64,000 nucleotides of DNA from an uncultured bacterium. Its GTDB lineage: Bacteria; Margulisbacteria; WOR-1; CAVSGV01. The stretch is from the NCBI GenBank assembly GCA_963768305.1, contig CAVYHE010000009.1, forward strand, positions 96,001 to 160,000. Direction: 5' to 3'. The translations under genes and the position numbers were made by a program. Under the pieces are notes generated by a model. The model did no database searches and was not told the DNA's origin. It saw only the letters and a list, made by a program, of their open reading frames with translations. Shown in pieces: positions 32,120-41,868 of the stretch. Each line of letters begins with the position of its first letter. Position 1 is the stretch's first letter.

Positions 32120-33019
32120 TTAATATACCTGGCCCGGCCCTGCTGCCGGCTCTTCTTCCTCTTCCGCCGCAGACTTGTGAACATGAACTCTGACCTTAGT
32201 TTCATTGACCTCATTCGTCACGGCCGCCGGGGCCGCCTTCGCCGGTTTTACCGGCTCAGGTGCAGGCTGGCAGGGTTCGGAATTAATATCCGGCAGTTCG
32301 GACAGCAAGTCATTGAATTTACCGGATATCTTAAAGGGCACTTCGCTCGGAAAACTTCCGAGTTTGCCGCGTATCGCTCTTGGTTCCCTGTAAGTCTGAA
32401 CGAAATTCTGATAGCTCGCATACTGATTAAAAGTGAATTTCAGGTGCACGATCGAAGCGATCTTTTCCCCGAAAGACATTTTTAATCCTCTTAGAACATC
32501 TATCGGCCTTGCGCAAGCATTATCCTGCTGCAGTATGGCGGCCATGTTCACGATGCTTGCCGCGACATCCGCCGAATTTCCATTGACATTTTTCCCGTAA
32601 TTCACGGCGATCGCTTTCACAAGATCGACCCAGGTCAGGTCTTCCGCCTTATTTATCGGGATATTATTCGCGTACAGGACCTTTGTGAATGCGAATTCGC
32701 TCAGCGTTAATATATATCCGTTCCCGGCTTCCTGGAGCGCCCATCCGTCGTTCTGAGCTTCTGTTTTCTCGGCCTGCGGCTGCACTTTCGGAGTATCCAC
32801 GGATGCAGGAGCGGGAGGATTTTCCTTGACCTGCGCGGGAGCCGAACGCTTCGTTGCTTTAGGCTGGATCGCGGGCTGTTCCGCCTCTTCACTTATGACC
32901 ACGGTATCCGAAGATGAATCAGCCACTGCCGTTTCCGAAGCGGTCGAATCGTCTGTCTGGCCCACCATCAAATAGCTGACCAAAGTTAATATTGGATATG
33001 GATTAATTCTTAAGCTCAT
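32120..33019 (-). CDS. Hypothetical protein, 299 aa, with acidic/Pro-rich linkers
   Basis: ORF coupled by an ATGA overlap to the upstream gene; begins MSLRIN. Confidence 0.7.
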   Translation of the reverse strand: MSLRINPYPILTLVSYLMVGQTDDSTASETAVADSSSDTVVISEEAEQPAIQPKATKRSAPAQVKENPPAPASVDTPKVQPQAEKTEAQNDGWALQEAGNGYILTLSEFAFTKVLYANNIPINKAEDLTWVDLVKAIAVNYGKNVNGNSADVAASIVNMAAILQQDNACARPIDVLRGLKMSFGEKIASIVHLKFTFNQYASYQNFVQTYREPRAIRGKLGSFPSEVPFKISGKFNDLLSELPDINSEPCQPAPEPVKPAKAAPAAVTNEVNETKVRVHVHKSAAEEEEEPAAGPGQVY

Positions 33020-34182
33020 GACTGTGCGCCCCCTTGTAATTGACCTTTTCCGTTGCCTTTTTTCTTTTTTGAGGTCTTTAGGTCATCCAGATCCACATCT
33101 ATGTCATGCAAAACCGCCAAACTTTGCCTTTTCAGGTCTTCGAGATTCTTTTTTTGTTTTGCTTTTTCTCTCTCAAAAGTTTCATTCAACTTGGCCAACG
33201 AAACAATTACCTCATCGCGCTTTTCCGTGAACTGCTTTATCTGCACGTTAAGTTCATCTTTTTTCGGGGACAACACGGTATCAATTTCATTGACCAATTT
33301 ATCTCTCTGAGTCGTAAGCCCGCCTATTTCCTGCTGCAGGCCCGCCACCTCTTGCGCGTGAACCTCTTTAAGGCGAGCGGATTGTTCATCTTTGCCTTTT
33401 TTCCAATCTTCATATTTATGCGTTTCCTCTATGAGAATATTTTTACTGGATGTGATCCGTTCATCTAATTTTTCCACTTCGAGCCCCTTTTCCACTATTT
33501 TGTCAACTATTTGTTTCAAGAGGGTTTTTTTAGACTCTATCATCGCGACCATGTCATCCTCTTCTTTTTTAAACTTCCTCATTTTAGTATTGTACTCTGA
33601 TTCCAACTGCGTAATTTTGGCCTGAACTGTGTTCGCCTTTTCGTGCAACTTAGCTATTTCGGCATTCAAACCGCTTACTTGAGTGTTCCTCGCGATCTCC
33701 GTTTCTCCCACCTTGGCTTTGAACCCAAGGGGCAGCTTGTCTGCAGATTCGAGAGCCGCGATTTCGCCCATAAATAATTTCTTGTCTTCCGGCTTAGCCA
33801 GCCCGCTAAGCCCCATCAGTATGGCGTTAAATCCCTCATTTGCGTCATGCTTAATAGCTTTGACGAAAATGGAAAGACTGGCCTTCTGTCCGTGCAATAA
33901 TGTCTTAACGCCGAAGAACAAACCGCCCAATCCTATGCCGGGAAAAAGTCCCGTCATCACGGCATTCCCGAGATCCGGAACGTGCTGGAAAAAAGGCGAG
34001 ATCTCATCCAGCCCCACGAATGCCGCGATAGTTCCGCTGGCTACAATCGCCGCCATCTTTATGTTTCTCGCCATAGGCTTTATATCGGCAAGATGATACA
34101 TTATCGTTTTATTGTTCATAAGCATTGTTCTTAACTCTTTTCTTGGCACGCCTATGGGTTTAACTCGAAATTCATTGCTCAT
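33016..34182 (-). CDS. Hypothetical protein with a bilobed hydrophobic segment and a long C-terminal coiled coil
   Basis: Probable start MSNEFRVK at 34182 (GGAG RBS); hydrophobic MAAIVASGTIAAFVGL and GLFPGIGLGGLFFGV; heptad-rich E/K/L C-terminal half. Confidence 0.7.
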   Translation of the reverse strand: MSNEFRVKPIGVPRKELRTMLMNNKTIMYHLADIKPMARNIKMAAIVASGTIAAFVGLDEISPFFQHVPDLGNAVMTGLFPGIGLGGLFFGVKTLLHGQKASLSIFVKAIKHDANEGFNAILMGLSGLAKPEDKKLFMGEIAALESADKLPLGFKAKVGETEIARNTQVSGLNAEIAKLHEKANTVQAKITQLESEYNTKMRKFKKEEDDMVAMIESKKTLLKQIVDKIVEKGLEVEKLDERITSSKNILIEETHKYEDWKKGKDEQSARLKEVHAQEVAGLQQEIGGLTTQRDKLVNEIDTVLSPKKDELNVQIKQFTEKRDEVIVSLAKLNETFEREKAKQKKNLEDLKRQSLAVLHDIDVDLDDLKTSKKKKGNGKGQLQGGAQS

Positions 34183-34183
34183 T

Positions 34184-35188
34184 TTACCAAGCTCCTTTGT
34201 CTTGTCCCGTCGCCGTAGTCTTCGCCGGAGCAGCGGCCGCAGCTTTATTGGTAGTATCTGCCGCAGGCGTCGTCGCGGGAGCCGCAGACGATGCGCTGGT
34301 TTTGAACGCGGTCTTGCCAAAGCCAAATGAAACCGAGCTGCCGATAACCACCCCTAGCGAGGTCCACTTGCAAGTCACATCAAGGTCCAGAGATCGCGTC
34401 TTGCCGATCTTTGGATGATACCCTATCCCGACGATCGGATTGAACTTGTCGAACATATTGACCGCATCCCTGCTGTTGATCCAGTTGGCCCCCACTCTGC
34501 CGTAAAGCAGTCCATTGAAGAAACCAACATCCACTCCCAAATTCGCGTCGGTTATCGTTTGTTCGTTCACTCCGTACAGGACGTTGCCGATGATCTTTCC
34601 CTTCGCCGCTGCCGTTCAAATACGAGAACGCAAATTCATCCTGGAACAAAAAGCTGGTCGGGATCGGGTTATTGTCATCTTTGTCCTCATTGGACTGAAG
34701 CTTAGACCCGAAATCAAGCAAGCCTACGGTGATATGATTTTTCGGCACATTAAAAAGCACCGACAGATCCCCGCCATAAGATATATGGGAAGAAGAAAAA
34801 ACGTTATGCTCCGTGAATGAATCTCCGTGCACCCTTGCGGTAGCGCCAAGGCCTATGCCCGCTGCCGATGTTTGCAGGAGCATCCTTGCGTAATTCGCTT
34901 CTATCTGAAAATCCAAATAGTTCCAGCTTTTGCTATCATCATCGGATATTTGATACACTTTACCGCCCAATCCGACACAGCTTTGATCTTTCAGGTAATA
35001 ATTGACCCCTGCAGAGAACGGGTAGATCCTCGATTTCGGAAGGATCGTCCGCAATATACAAAGCATTATTTTTATCCTTATTCGTCAAAGCATCAGCAGC
35101 ATTATTATCGTTGAACGGCTCGATTAGCCCTATTCTTGAAAGGATTTGGAGGGCATACTCCAATGTTTATGCCGTTAATGACGCTCAT
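34184..35188 (-). CDS. PorV-like beta-barrel protein, broken into three ORFs by frameshifts
   Basis: ATG 35188 overlaps the upstream stop; fragments GLGATARV, SYGGDLSVLF, TVGLLDFGSKL...IPTSF, NLGVDVGFFNGLLYGRVG and VGIGY follow the order seen in PorV/UPF0164 barrels. Confidence 0.55.
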
Positions 35189-38100
35189 TGCGCAACACCT
35201 CCCGGCCTTGACGCCTTTACAATGAATATTCTTTCGTATTTGTTGTGTGTTTTCAGCTGGTTCTCCTCATAAACCTGAACGATACACGGCTGGTAAGCCA
35301 GCGCACTGTGGTCCCACGGGATCTTTATGGATTTTGTCGCATCGTCAACCTTCGTTGCGCTGACGGAAGGATTGGAAAGATCTATGTTAAATTCTTTCAA
35401 AAGCTGCGAGGTCACAGTAGATATTCGTATTTTGATCTTATTCTTGGCATCAACAGACGCGTTCGGAAGGACCAGGAATATGTTATTTTCTCCGATGAAC
35501 CAAGTTGTTTCTTTTTCCTGTCCCGTTACCGCGTTCGGAAGATGGCTGTAGATCCTATACGCGGAAGCGGGCGCGGGCGGATTGCCTATTTGCAGGGTCG
35601 TGAACGAACCATCGTCCACCGGCGATACATCGCCTTCATCATCCTGCGCCACCACATAGATCGTGTAAGGGCCGTCAGGCATGGTCGCGATCGTCGGAAC
35701 GGCGATCGATCCTGTGGAAGCTATGTAAGTCGCATTTCCCCCGACATAAGCATCATCCGGAAGCTTAGGTTTAAGCAAGTTGCCGCTAGCATCACGGGTG
35801 CCGTTTATGGCATTCTCAAGATCTTTCAGGGTGGGATATGTTGTTGAGCCCAGGACGCCGGGTTTCAGGACAACCGCTTTGTACCCGGTTATCTTCCCGA
35901 CCGCAACGGTCGTAAGATCATGAATGACCGTTACGTTATATCCGACCGTTGTTTTTACATAAGAGGCGGAACGCACTTTCACCGCAAGCGGCAGGATAGG
36001 CTGGGTTACCGGGACATCCACAGATTTTACCGAATCGGTAGTTAACTGAGATGTCTTCCCTTGGTCATCCTTATCCATTACAAAAACATAATATGTGCCC
36101 TGCGGCAGGTTCTGCGTAGCAGTGAGCACTCCGTTATTGTACCCGGTGACCCATCCTGAGCTTGCAGCCCATGGAATACTGGCCCCGTTGTTCATCGCAT
36201 TCAAAAGGTCCTGGAGCGTGGCATATGTTTTGCCTGCTCCAACTATGCTCGCATCTATCACTCCCATCTGATAGCCTATGACCGTCCCGTATTTGTCGGT
36301 GCCTTGATTATAGTTAGCGATTATTTTAGATCCGCCTACAACTTGCGACCAAGCAGCGCTGGTCACTGTAACAGGATCCGGTATCTGGGAAACGTAGGCA
36401 GGGATGATCACGGACTGGACCGAATTGGTCGTTAACTGTGATACCCTATTCTGGTCATCTTTTGACATTACAAATGTATAATATGTACCTTTCGCCAGGT
36501 TCTGCGTCGCTGAGATAGTTCCGTTGTAGCCGGCGACCCATCCTGAACTTGCGGCCCATGGGATACTGGCTCCGCTGTTTATCGCGTTCAGAAGATCCTG
36601 GAGCGTGGCATATGTTTTGCCTGTTCCCACGATACTGGCATCGATAACTCCCATTTGATAGCCGGTGATGGTCCCGTATTTATCCGTGCCCTGAGTAAAT
36701 GTATCTGTGACCTGGAATCCGCCCATAACCTGAGTCGCTGTGGCACCGGTCACAGTAACAGGATCCGGTATCTGGGGAACATAATCGGGAATATCCACAG
36801 ATTTAACCGAATCGGTCGTTAACTGCGATGTCTTGTTCTGATCGTCTTTTGACATTACAAATGTATAATATGTACCTTTCGCCAGGTTCTGCGTCGCTGA
36901 GATAGTTCCGTTGTAGCCGGCGACCCATCCTGAGCTTGCAGCCCATGTGATGCTGGCTCCGCTGTTTATCGCGTTCAGAAGATCCTGGAGCGTGGCATAT
37001 GTTTTGCCTGTTCCAACTATGCTCGCATCTATAACTCCCATTTGATAGCTGGTGATGGTCCCGTATTTGTCTGTGCCTTGATTAAATGTATCCGTAACTT
37101 TAAACCCGCCGGTAACTTGAAGTTCTGAGGCGGCCGTCACGGTAACAGGATCCGGTATCTGGGAAACATAGTCGGGAATATCCACAGATTTGACCGAATC
37201 GGTCGTTAACTGCGATGTCTTGTTCTGATCGTCTTTTGACATTACAAATGTATAATATGTACCTTTCGCCAGGTTCTGCGTCGCTGAGATAGTTCCGTTG
37301 TAGCCGGCGACCCATCCTGAGCTCGCAGCCCATGTGATGCTGGCTCCGCTGTTTATCGCGTTCAGAAGATCCTGGAGCGTGGCATATGCCTTGCCTGCTC
37401 CAACTATGCTCGCATCTATAACTCCCATTTGATAGCTGGTGATGGTCCCGTATTTGTCTGTGCCTTGATTAAATGTATCTGTAACTTTAAACCCGCCGGT
37501 AACTTGAAGTTCTGAGGCGGCCGTCACGGTAACAGGATCCGGTATCTGGGAAACATAGGCAGGGACATTCACGGTCTGGACCGAGTTGGTCGTTAACTGC
37601 GATGTCTTGTTCTGGTCGTCTTTTGACATTACAAATGTATAATATGTACCTTTCGCCAGATTCTGCGTCGCTGAGGTGATAGTTCCGCCGTTGTACCCCG
37701 TGACCCATCCTGAGCTCGCAGCCCATGTGATGCTGGCTCCGCTGTTCATAGCATTCAGAAGATCCTGGAGCGTGGCATATGTCTTGCCTGCTCCCACTAT
37801 GCTCGCGTCTATCACTCCCATCTGATAAGCTGTGACCGTCCCGTATTTATCCGTGCCCTGAGCAAATGTATCCGTGACCTGGAATCCGCCGGTAACCTGA
37901 GCAACTGAGGCGCCGGTTACTGTAACAGGATCCGGTATCTGGGGAACATAATCAGGAATATTCACGGTCTGGACCGAGTTGGTCGTTAACTGCGATGTCT
38001 TGTTCTGGTCATCTTTCGACATTACAAATGTATAATATGTACCTTTCGCCAGGTTCTGCGTCGCGGAGATACTCCCGCCGTTGTACCCGTTGACCCATCC

Positions 38101-40431
38101 TGAGCTTGCCGCCCAGGCAATATTAGCTCCGCTGTTTATCGCGTTCAGAAGATCCTGGAGCGTGGCATATGTCTTGCCAGCTCCAACTATGCTCGCGTCT
38201 ATAACTCCCATTTGATAAGCTGTGATATTCCCGTATTTATCGGTACCTTGAGTAAATGTATCTGTGACCTGGAATCCGCCGGCAACCTGAGTTTCCGATG
38301 CGGCCGTTACGGTAACAGGATCCGGTATCTGGGGAACATAATCAGGAATATTCACGGTCTGGACCGAGTTGGTCGTTAACTGCGATGTCTTATTCTGGTC
38401 ATCTTTCGCCATTACAAATGTATAATATGTACCTTTCGCCAGGTTCTGCGTCGCGGAGATACTCCCGCCGTTGTACCCGTTGACCCATCCTGAGCTCGCA
38501 GCCCATGTGATGCTGGCTCCACTGTTTATAGCGTTCAGAAGATCCTGGAGCGTGGCATATGTCTTGCCTGTCCCTACGATACTGGCATCGATAACTCCCA
38601 TCTGATAAGCTGTGACCGTCCCGTATGAATCTGTACCTTGATTAAATGTATCAGTAACCTTAAATCCACCGGCAACCTGAGTTTCCGATGCAGCCGTCAC
38701 GACAACCGGGTCCGGTATCTGGGGGACGGGGGCAGGGATGGCCACAGACTGGACCGAATTGGCAGTTAACTGCGATGTATTCCCTTTGTCATCTTTCGCC
38801 ATTACAAATGTATAATATGTACCCTGCGCCAGGTTCTGCGTCGCAGAGATACTTCCGTTATTGTACCCGTTGACCCATCCTGAACTTGCAACCCAAGGAA
38901 CAGTAGCCCCGTTGTTCATGGCATTCAGAAGATCCTGTAGCGTGGCATATGTCTTTCCTGCTCCCACAAGATTGGCATCTACCACTCCCATTTGATAGCT
39001 TGTGATAGTTCCGGCCGGATCGGTGGCTTGATTAAATGTATCCGTAACCGTAAATCCGCCGGTAACCTGCTTTTCTGCAGCGCTCGTCACGGTCACCGGA
39101 TTCGGCAGCCACGTTATGGACAAGTTTTGGTAAACTTGATTGGCGGAAACCTGCGCAAACATGCCGTCAGCGTTCTTAGCCAGCACTAAAACATAGTATT
39201 GGCCGGTCGGAACATGAGACGGATCAAAAGGACCTATTGAAAGAGTACCTGTGGAAGCGGCAAAGTCGGGAGACGCGGTGTTCCACGAAATAGCCTTCCC
39301 GCCGTTCTGCGCGTCAATAAGCCCCTGCAATGATCCATAAGTTTTATTCGCTGCGTCCTTATTTATCATTACCGCTTCATAAGTCACCGCTTCTCCCTGA
39401 GGATCCGCGGAAAGGGTATGGGTGACCGCCACGGTGCCCGTGCCGTTATTGGCAGAGGTAAAGACCGCTGAATTAACAGTTGCGGGAGTGGGCGGCTGGA
39501 TAGCAGGCGCGGCCGCCACTGACACCACCGGTTCTGCCGCATCAACGCCATATATCGAGTCGGAACCGGAATTGCTGCCTGGCACATAATTAATGGCAGA
39601 CCATAATTGCACGCTGTTCTCCGCCCTTACCATTACAATATAGTCGCCTGACGGAATATCTGTATATTTTTCAATGTATTTTGTTTTGGACACGTCAGTT
39701 TCATATTTCGTCCATGCTTGTGAAGGCATATTCCAGTTATTTATAGCCGTGATCAGGTCGTCAATTGTTGGATAAGCCGCGGTGCCAATCAGGCTTTTCG
39801 GCACGCCTATTATCTGATATTGAGTTATGTTGACACCGGGATCAGGATCCGTGGACGCATTAAAAGTAACAACGACCTGATTATAGGAACCTGCAGGCGC
39901 TGAAGCGGTTACACCCTTCACGTAAGCAGGCGGATTATATAAAGTCGCGGCCTCTGTAACTGATGGAATAAAGGGCAAGCCTATTTCGCGGTTAAGATCG
40001 CCAAGGAAACTGCCGACTTTGCCCCATAAGGAAACTTTAGGCGCCGGCCCCACGAACGGATTGACGGACGAATACATAGGCGCGTACCTTTTGGACGAGT
40101 TCGAACCTGAAGAAAAGGCCTGTGTTCCCTTTTGCTGGTTGCCAGAGTTCGGACTCGAAGAAAGGGTCTGTTTCCCATCGCGCTGATCATGTTTTTGCTC
40201 ACGGTCTTTCGGCTGGGTTTTGGGTGCTTCTGCTTTTTGCGCCGCAACCTGTATGATAGGCACGCCTACTGCCGAATACATCGGCATGGAAGAGGAGGTT
40301 TGCGTTCCCTTTTGCTGAGATTCTTTTGGCTGCGTTTTGTCGCTTTTATCCTGTTTCTTTTTATTATCAGCAATGATCTTTGAGTAGCTCAAGCTTGCTG
40401 TGCTGCCGGTAACTGCGTCAACTACACTCAT
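35185..40431 (-). CDS. 1748-aa repeat adhesin-like protein: ~11 FN3/Ig-like ~130-aa modules and a CTD-like C-terminus
   Basis: Intact ORF with AGGAGG RBS; repeated PDPVTVT...TDTF.QGTD.YG..T.YQMG...GTYYTFVM.KDDQ.K.S; C-terminal LPNAVT...IRISTVTSQLLKE...IPWD. Confidence 0.8.
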   Translation of the reverse strand: MSVVDAVTGSTASLSYSKIIADNKKKQDKSDKTQPKESQQKGTQTSSSMPMYSAVGVPIIQVAAQKAEAPKTQPKDREQKHDQRDGKQTLSSSPNSGNQQKGTQAFSSGSNSSKRYAPMYSSVNPFVGPAPKVSLWGKVGSFLGDLNREIGLPFIPSVTEAATLYNPPAYVKGVTASAPAGSYNQVVVTFNASTDPDPGVNITQYQIIGVPKSLIGTAAYPTIDDLITAINNWNMPSQAWTKYETDVSKTKYIEKYTDIPSGDYIVMVRAENSVQLWSAINYVPGSNSGSDSIYGVDAAEPVVSVAAAPAIQPPTPATVNSAVFTSANNGTGTVAVTHTLSADPQGEAVTYEAVMINKDAANKTYGSLQGLIDAQNGGKAISWNTASPDFAASTGTLSIGPFDPSHVPTGQYYVLVLAKNADGMFAQVSANQVYQNLSITWLPNPVTVTSAAEKQVTGGFTVTDTFNQATDPAGTITSYQMGVVDANLVGAGKTYATLQDLLNAMNNGATVPWVASSGWVNGYNNGSISATQNLAQGTYYTFVMAKDDKGNTSQLTANSVQSVAIPAPVPQIPDPVVVTAASETQVAGGFKVTDTFNQGTDSYGTVTAYQMGVIDASIVGTGKTYATLQDLLNAINSGASITWAASSGWVNGYNGGSISATQNLAKGTYYTFVMAKDDQNKTSQLTTNSVQTVNIPDYVPQIPDPVTVTAASETQVAGGFQVTDTFTQGTDKYGNITAYQMGVIDASIVGAGKTYATLQDLLNAINSGANIAWAASSGWVNGYNGGSISATQNLAKGTYYTFVMSKDDQNKTSQLTTNSVQTVNIPDYVPQIPDPVTVTGASVAQVTGGFQVTDTFAQGTDKYGTVTAYQMGVIDASIVGAGKTYATLQDLLNAMNSGASITWAASSGWVTGYNGGTITSATQNLAKGTYYTFVMSKDDQNKTSQLTTNSVQTVNVPAYVSQIPDPVTVTAASELQVTGGFKVTDTFNQGTDKYGTITSYQMGVIDASIVGAGKAYATLQDLLNAINSGASITWAASSGWVAGYNGTISATQNLAKGTYYTFVMSKDDQNKTSQLTTDSVKSVDIPDYVSQIPDPVTVTAASELQVTGGFKVTDTFNQGTDKYGTITSYQMGVIDASIVGTGKTYATLQDLLNAINSGASITWAASSGWVAGYNGTISATQNLAKGTYYTFVMSKDDQNKTSQLTTDSVKSVDIPDYVPQIPDPVTVTGATATQVMGGFQVTDTFTQGTDKYGTITGYQMGVIDASIVGTGKTYATLQDLLNAINSGASIPWAASSGWVAGYNGTISATQNLAKGTYYTFVMSKDDQNRVSQLTTNSVQSVIIPAYVSQIPDPVTVTSAAWSQVVGGSKIIANYNQGTDKYGTVIGYQMGVIDASIVGAGKTYATLQDLLNAMNNGASIPWAASSGWVTGYNNGVLTATQNLPQGTYYVFVMDKDDQGKTSQLTTDSVKSVDVPVTQPILPLAVKVRSASYVKTTVGYNVTVIHDLTTVAVGKITGYKAVVLKPGVLGSTTYPTLKDLENAINGTRDASGNLLKPKLPDDAYVGGNATYIASTGSIAVPTIATMPDGPYTIYVVAQDDEGDVSPVDDGSFTTLQIGNPPAPASAYRIYSHLPNAVTGQEKETTWFIGENNIFLVLPNASVDAKNKIKIRISTVTSQLLKEFNIDLSNPSVSATKVDDATKSIKIPWDHSALAYQPCIVQVYEENQLKTHNKYERIFIVKASRPGGVAQ
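36010..39106. repeat. Eight tandem 387-393 bp intragenic repeats
   Basis: Anchor GGATCCGGTATCTG (or variant) at 36374, 36761, 37148, 37535, 37928, 38318, 38708 and 39098. Confidence 0.95.
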
Positions 40432-40500
40432 AAATTCCTCCTTGTTTCCCTATCTCTTATTAAATGTTTCCGATAACACGCTATTCTTCTCTCTATATAT

Positions 40501-40528
40501 ATATCGTCACTTTTCCGGGAAAATTTCA
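40501..40528 (-). promoter_or_regulatory. sigma28-like promoter P3
   Basis: TGAAA-ttttcccggaaaagt-GACGATAT. Confidence 0.75.
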
Positions 40529-40631
40529 CTTTTTCCCAAAATATTTTCGGCGTCCCCCGCCGATCTTATATGTCCTTCCAACGCCTTTATGCTCTGATAT
40601 TCTGATGATCTGTTCCTCTGCTCTATATGAT

Positions 40632-40659
40632 ATATCGACACTATTTTCAAAAAATTTCA
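40632..40659 (-). promoter_or_regulatory. sigma28-like promoter P4
   Basis: TGAAA-ttttttgaaaatagt-GTCGATAT. Confidence 0.72.
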
Positions 40660-40701
40660 CTTTTCACGGAAAATATTTTTGGGCAAACAGGGACGAGAAC
40701 T

Positions 40702-41868
40702 TTAGATCAATTTTCGGTTGGTAAGAAGCGCCATAAGCTGATCGGCGGCTCTTGAAGCTCTTGTTTTTTCATCATGGTCCTCGGCGGCCGCAGCCGGTTC
40801 CTGCTCCTTCACAAGGGAAAACAAAGATCGCTTTATTCCTACATTATTATTGCCGTCAGGAGCGGCCTTCTTTTGCGAAGGGACATCATTGCCGGCTGAC
40901 CGGACAGGTTCAGATCCTTTCTGTTCAATTCTTACATTATTATATGCCGCGGGCAGTTTTATCTTCTGTCCGACAAAGACCCAGTGCAGGGGATCGCCGG
41001 CAGTCCTATATTTGGCGGCAAGGCTCGCGGCCCTGCTTTTCTGCTGCTCATTATATGAATCCATCATCCCGTCGCTGCCGATATTTAGCTTCTTGAACTC
41101 TTTTAAATATTTATCGTATTCCTCTTTCGTGACCCTGGAATTGTCGCCCCGCGCCGCTTTTATTTTTTGCAGCTCGTCCGTGAGGATATCATGGAGCGTC
41201 TTTCCCGCCTGCACCGCATGCTCTATATAAGAAGAGGCGGCTTCTTTTTTGACCTTTTCTTCCTTTTTGGGAGGCTCAACCTTTTTGATCTCGCCCGGCT
41301 GAGTAGCCGCGGCCGGTTTTATCTCTACTTTTGGCGGATCTTGCTGAGGAACGGCGTTCACTTCGATCTTTTTAGGATGCTTGATCAATGACGGGAGCTT
41401 AAGCGCCACATTTAACGTCCACGTATTGTCCATCTGGTAATTATCGCCGACCACGTACTTTGACCATCCGGCAGTGATGTCCACAGGCCCCGCGGAATAG
41501 GTCGCCGAGACGCCCGCGCTCCATCCGTTCAAACTGAAAGGACTTTGCCCTTTGCCGATAAGGTCAGGCGTGAAGGGGATCCTCCCCTCAGTGTGTATCT
41601 TCAATGATTTAACTAACTGGAGATCGATCTCCGGGTTCAACGCGTTCTGGTCCGTCATTGGCGGATATCCCAAACCGTGGTCAAGGTCATTATAGTCCCA
41701 ATGAGAATAAACATCAGAAAGCGAAAGGGTCAGGCCGATCGGGACCCCCGGCAAGGAAAATTGATCATGATGTTCCAACCCGACCCTGGCCTCCCAGTTA
41801 AGCAAGTTATCGGACTCATTCGGCCTGTCCACCGACTTGCGATAGCTGTCGGCGCCGAATATGTTCAA
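40702..41868 (-). CDS. C-terminal half of a beta-barrel plus a LysM-like domain; probably the frameshifted continuation of the TPR protein
   Basis: Beta strands (WEARVGLE, WSAGVSATY, WTLNVALKL); HAVQAGKTLHDI...N...WVFVGQKIKLP LysM-like pattern; its frame stays open back to ~41905, inside the upstream ORF. Confidence 0.65.
   Translation of the reverse strand: MNIFGADSYRKSVDRPNESDNLLNWEARVGLEHHDQFSLPGVPIGLTLSLSDVYSHWDYNDLDHGLGYPPMTDQNALNPEIDLQLVKSLKIHTEGRIPFTPDLIGKGQSPFSLNGWSAGVSATYSAGPVDITAGWSKYVVGDNYQMDNTWTLNVALKLPSLIKHPKKIEVNAVPQQDPPKVEIKPAAATQPGEIKKVEPPKKEEKVKKEAASSYIEHAVQAGKTLHDILTDELQKIKAARGDNSRVTKEEYDKYLKEFKKLNIGSDGMMDSYNEQQKSRAASLAAKYRTAGDPLHWVFVGQKIKLPAAYNNVRIEQKGSEPVRSAGNDVPSQKKAAPDGNNNVGIKRSLFSLVKEQEPAAAAEDHDEKTRASRAADQLMALLTNRKLI

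Noticed and set aside
36010..39106. Regular repeats as a CRISPR array
   Set aside because: Units are ~390 bp, in frame and protein-coding, with no spacers and no cas genes
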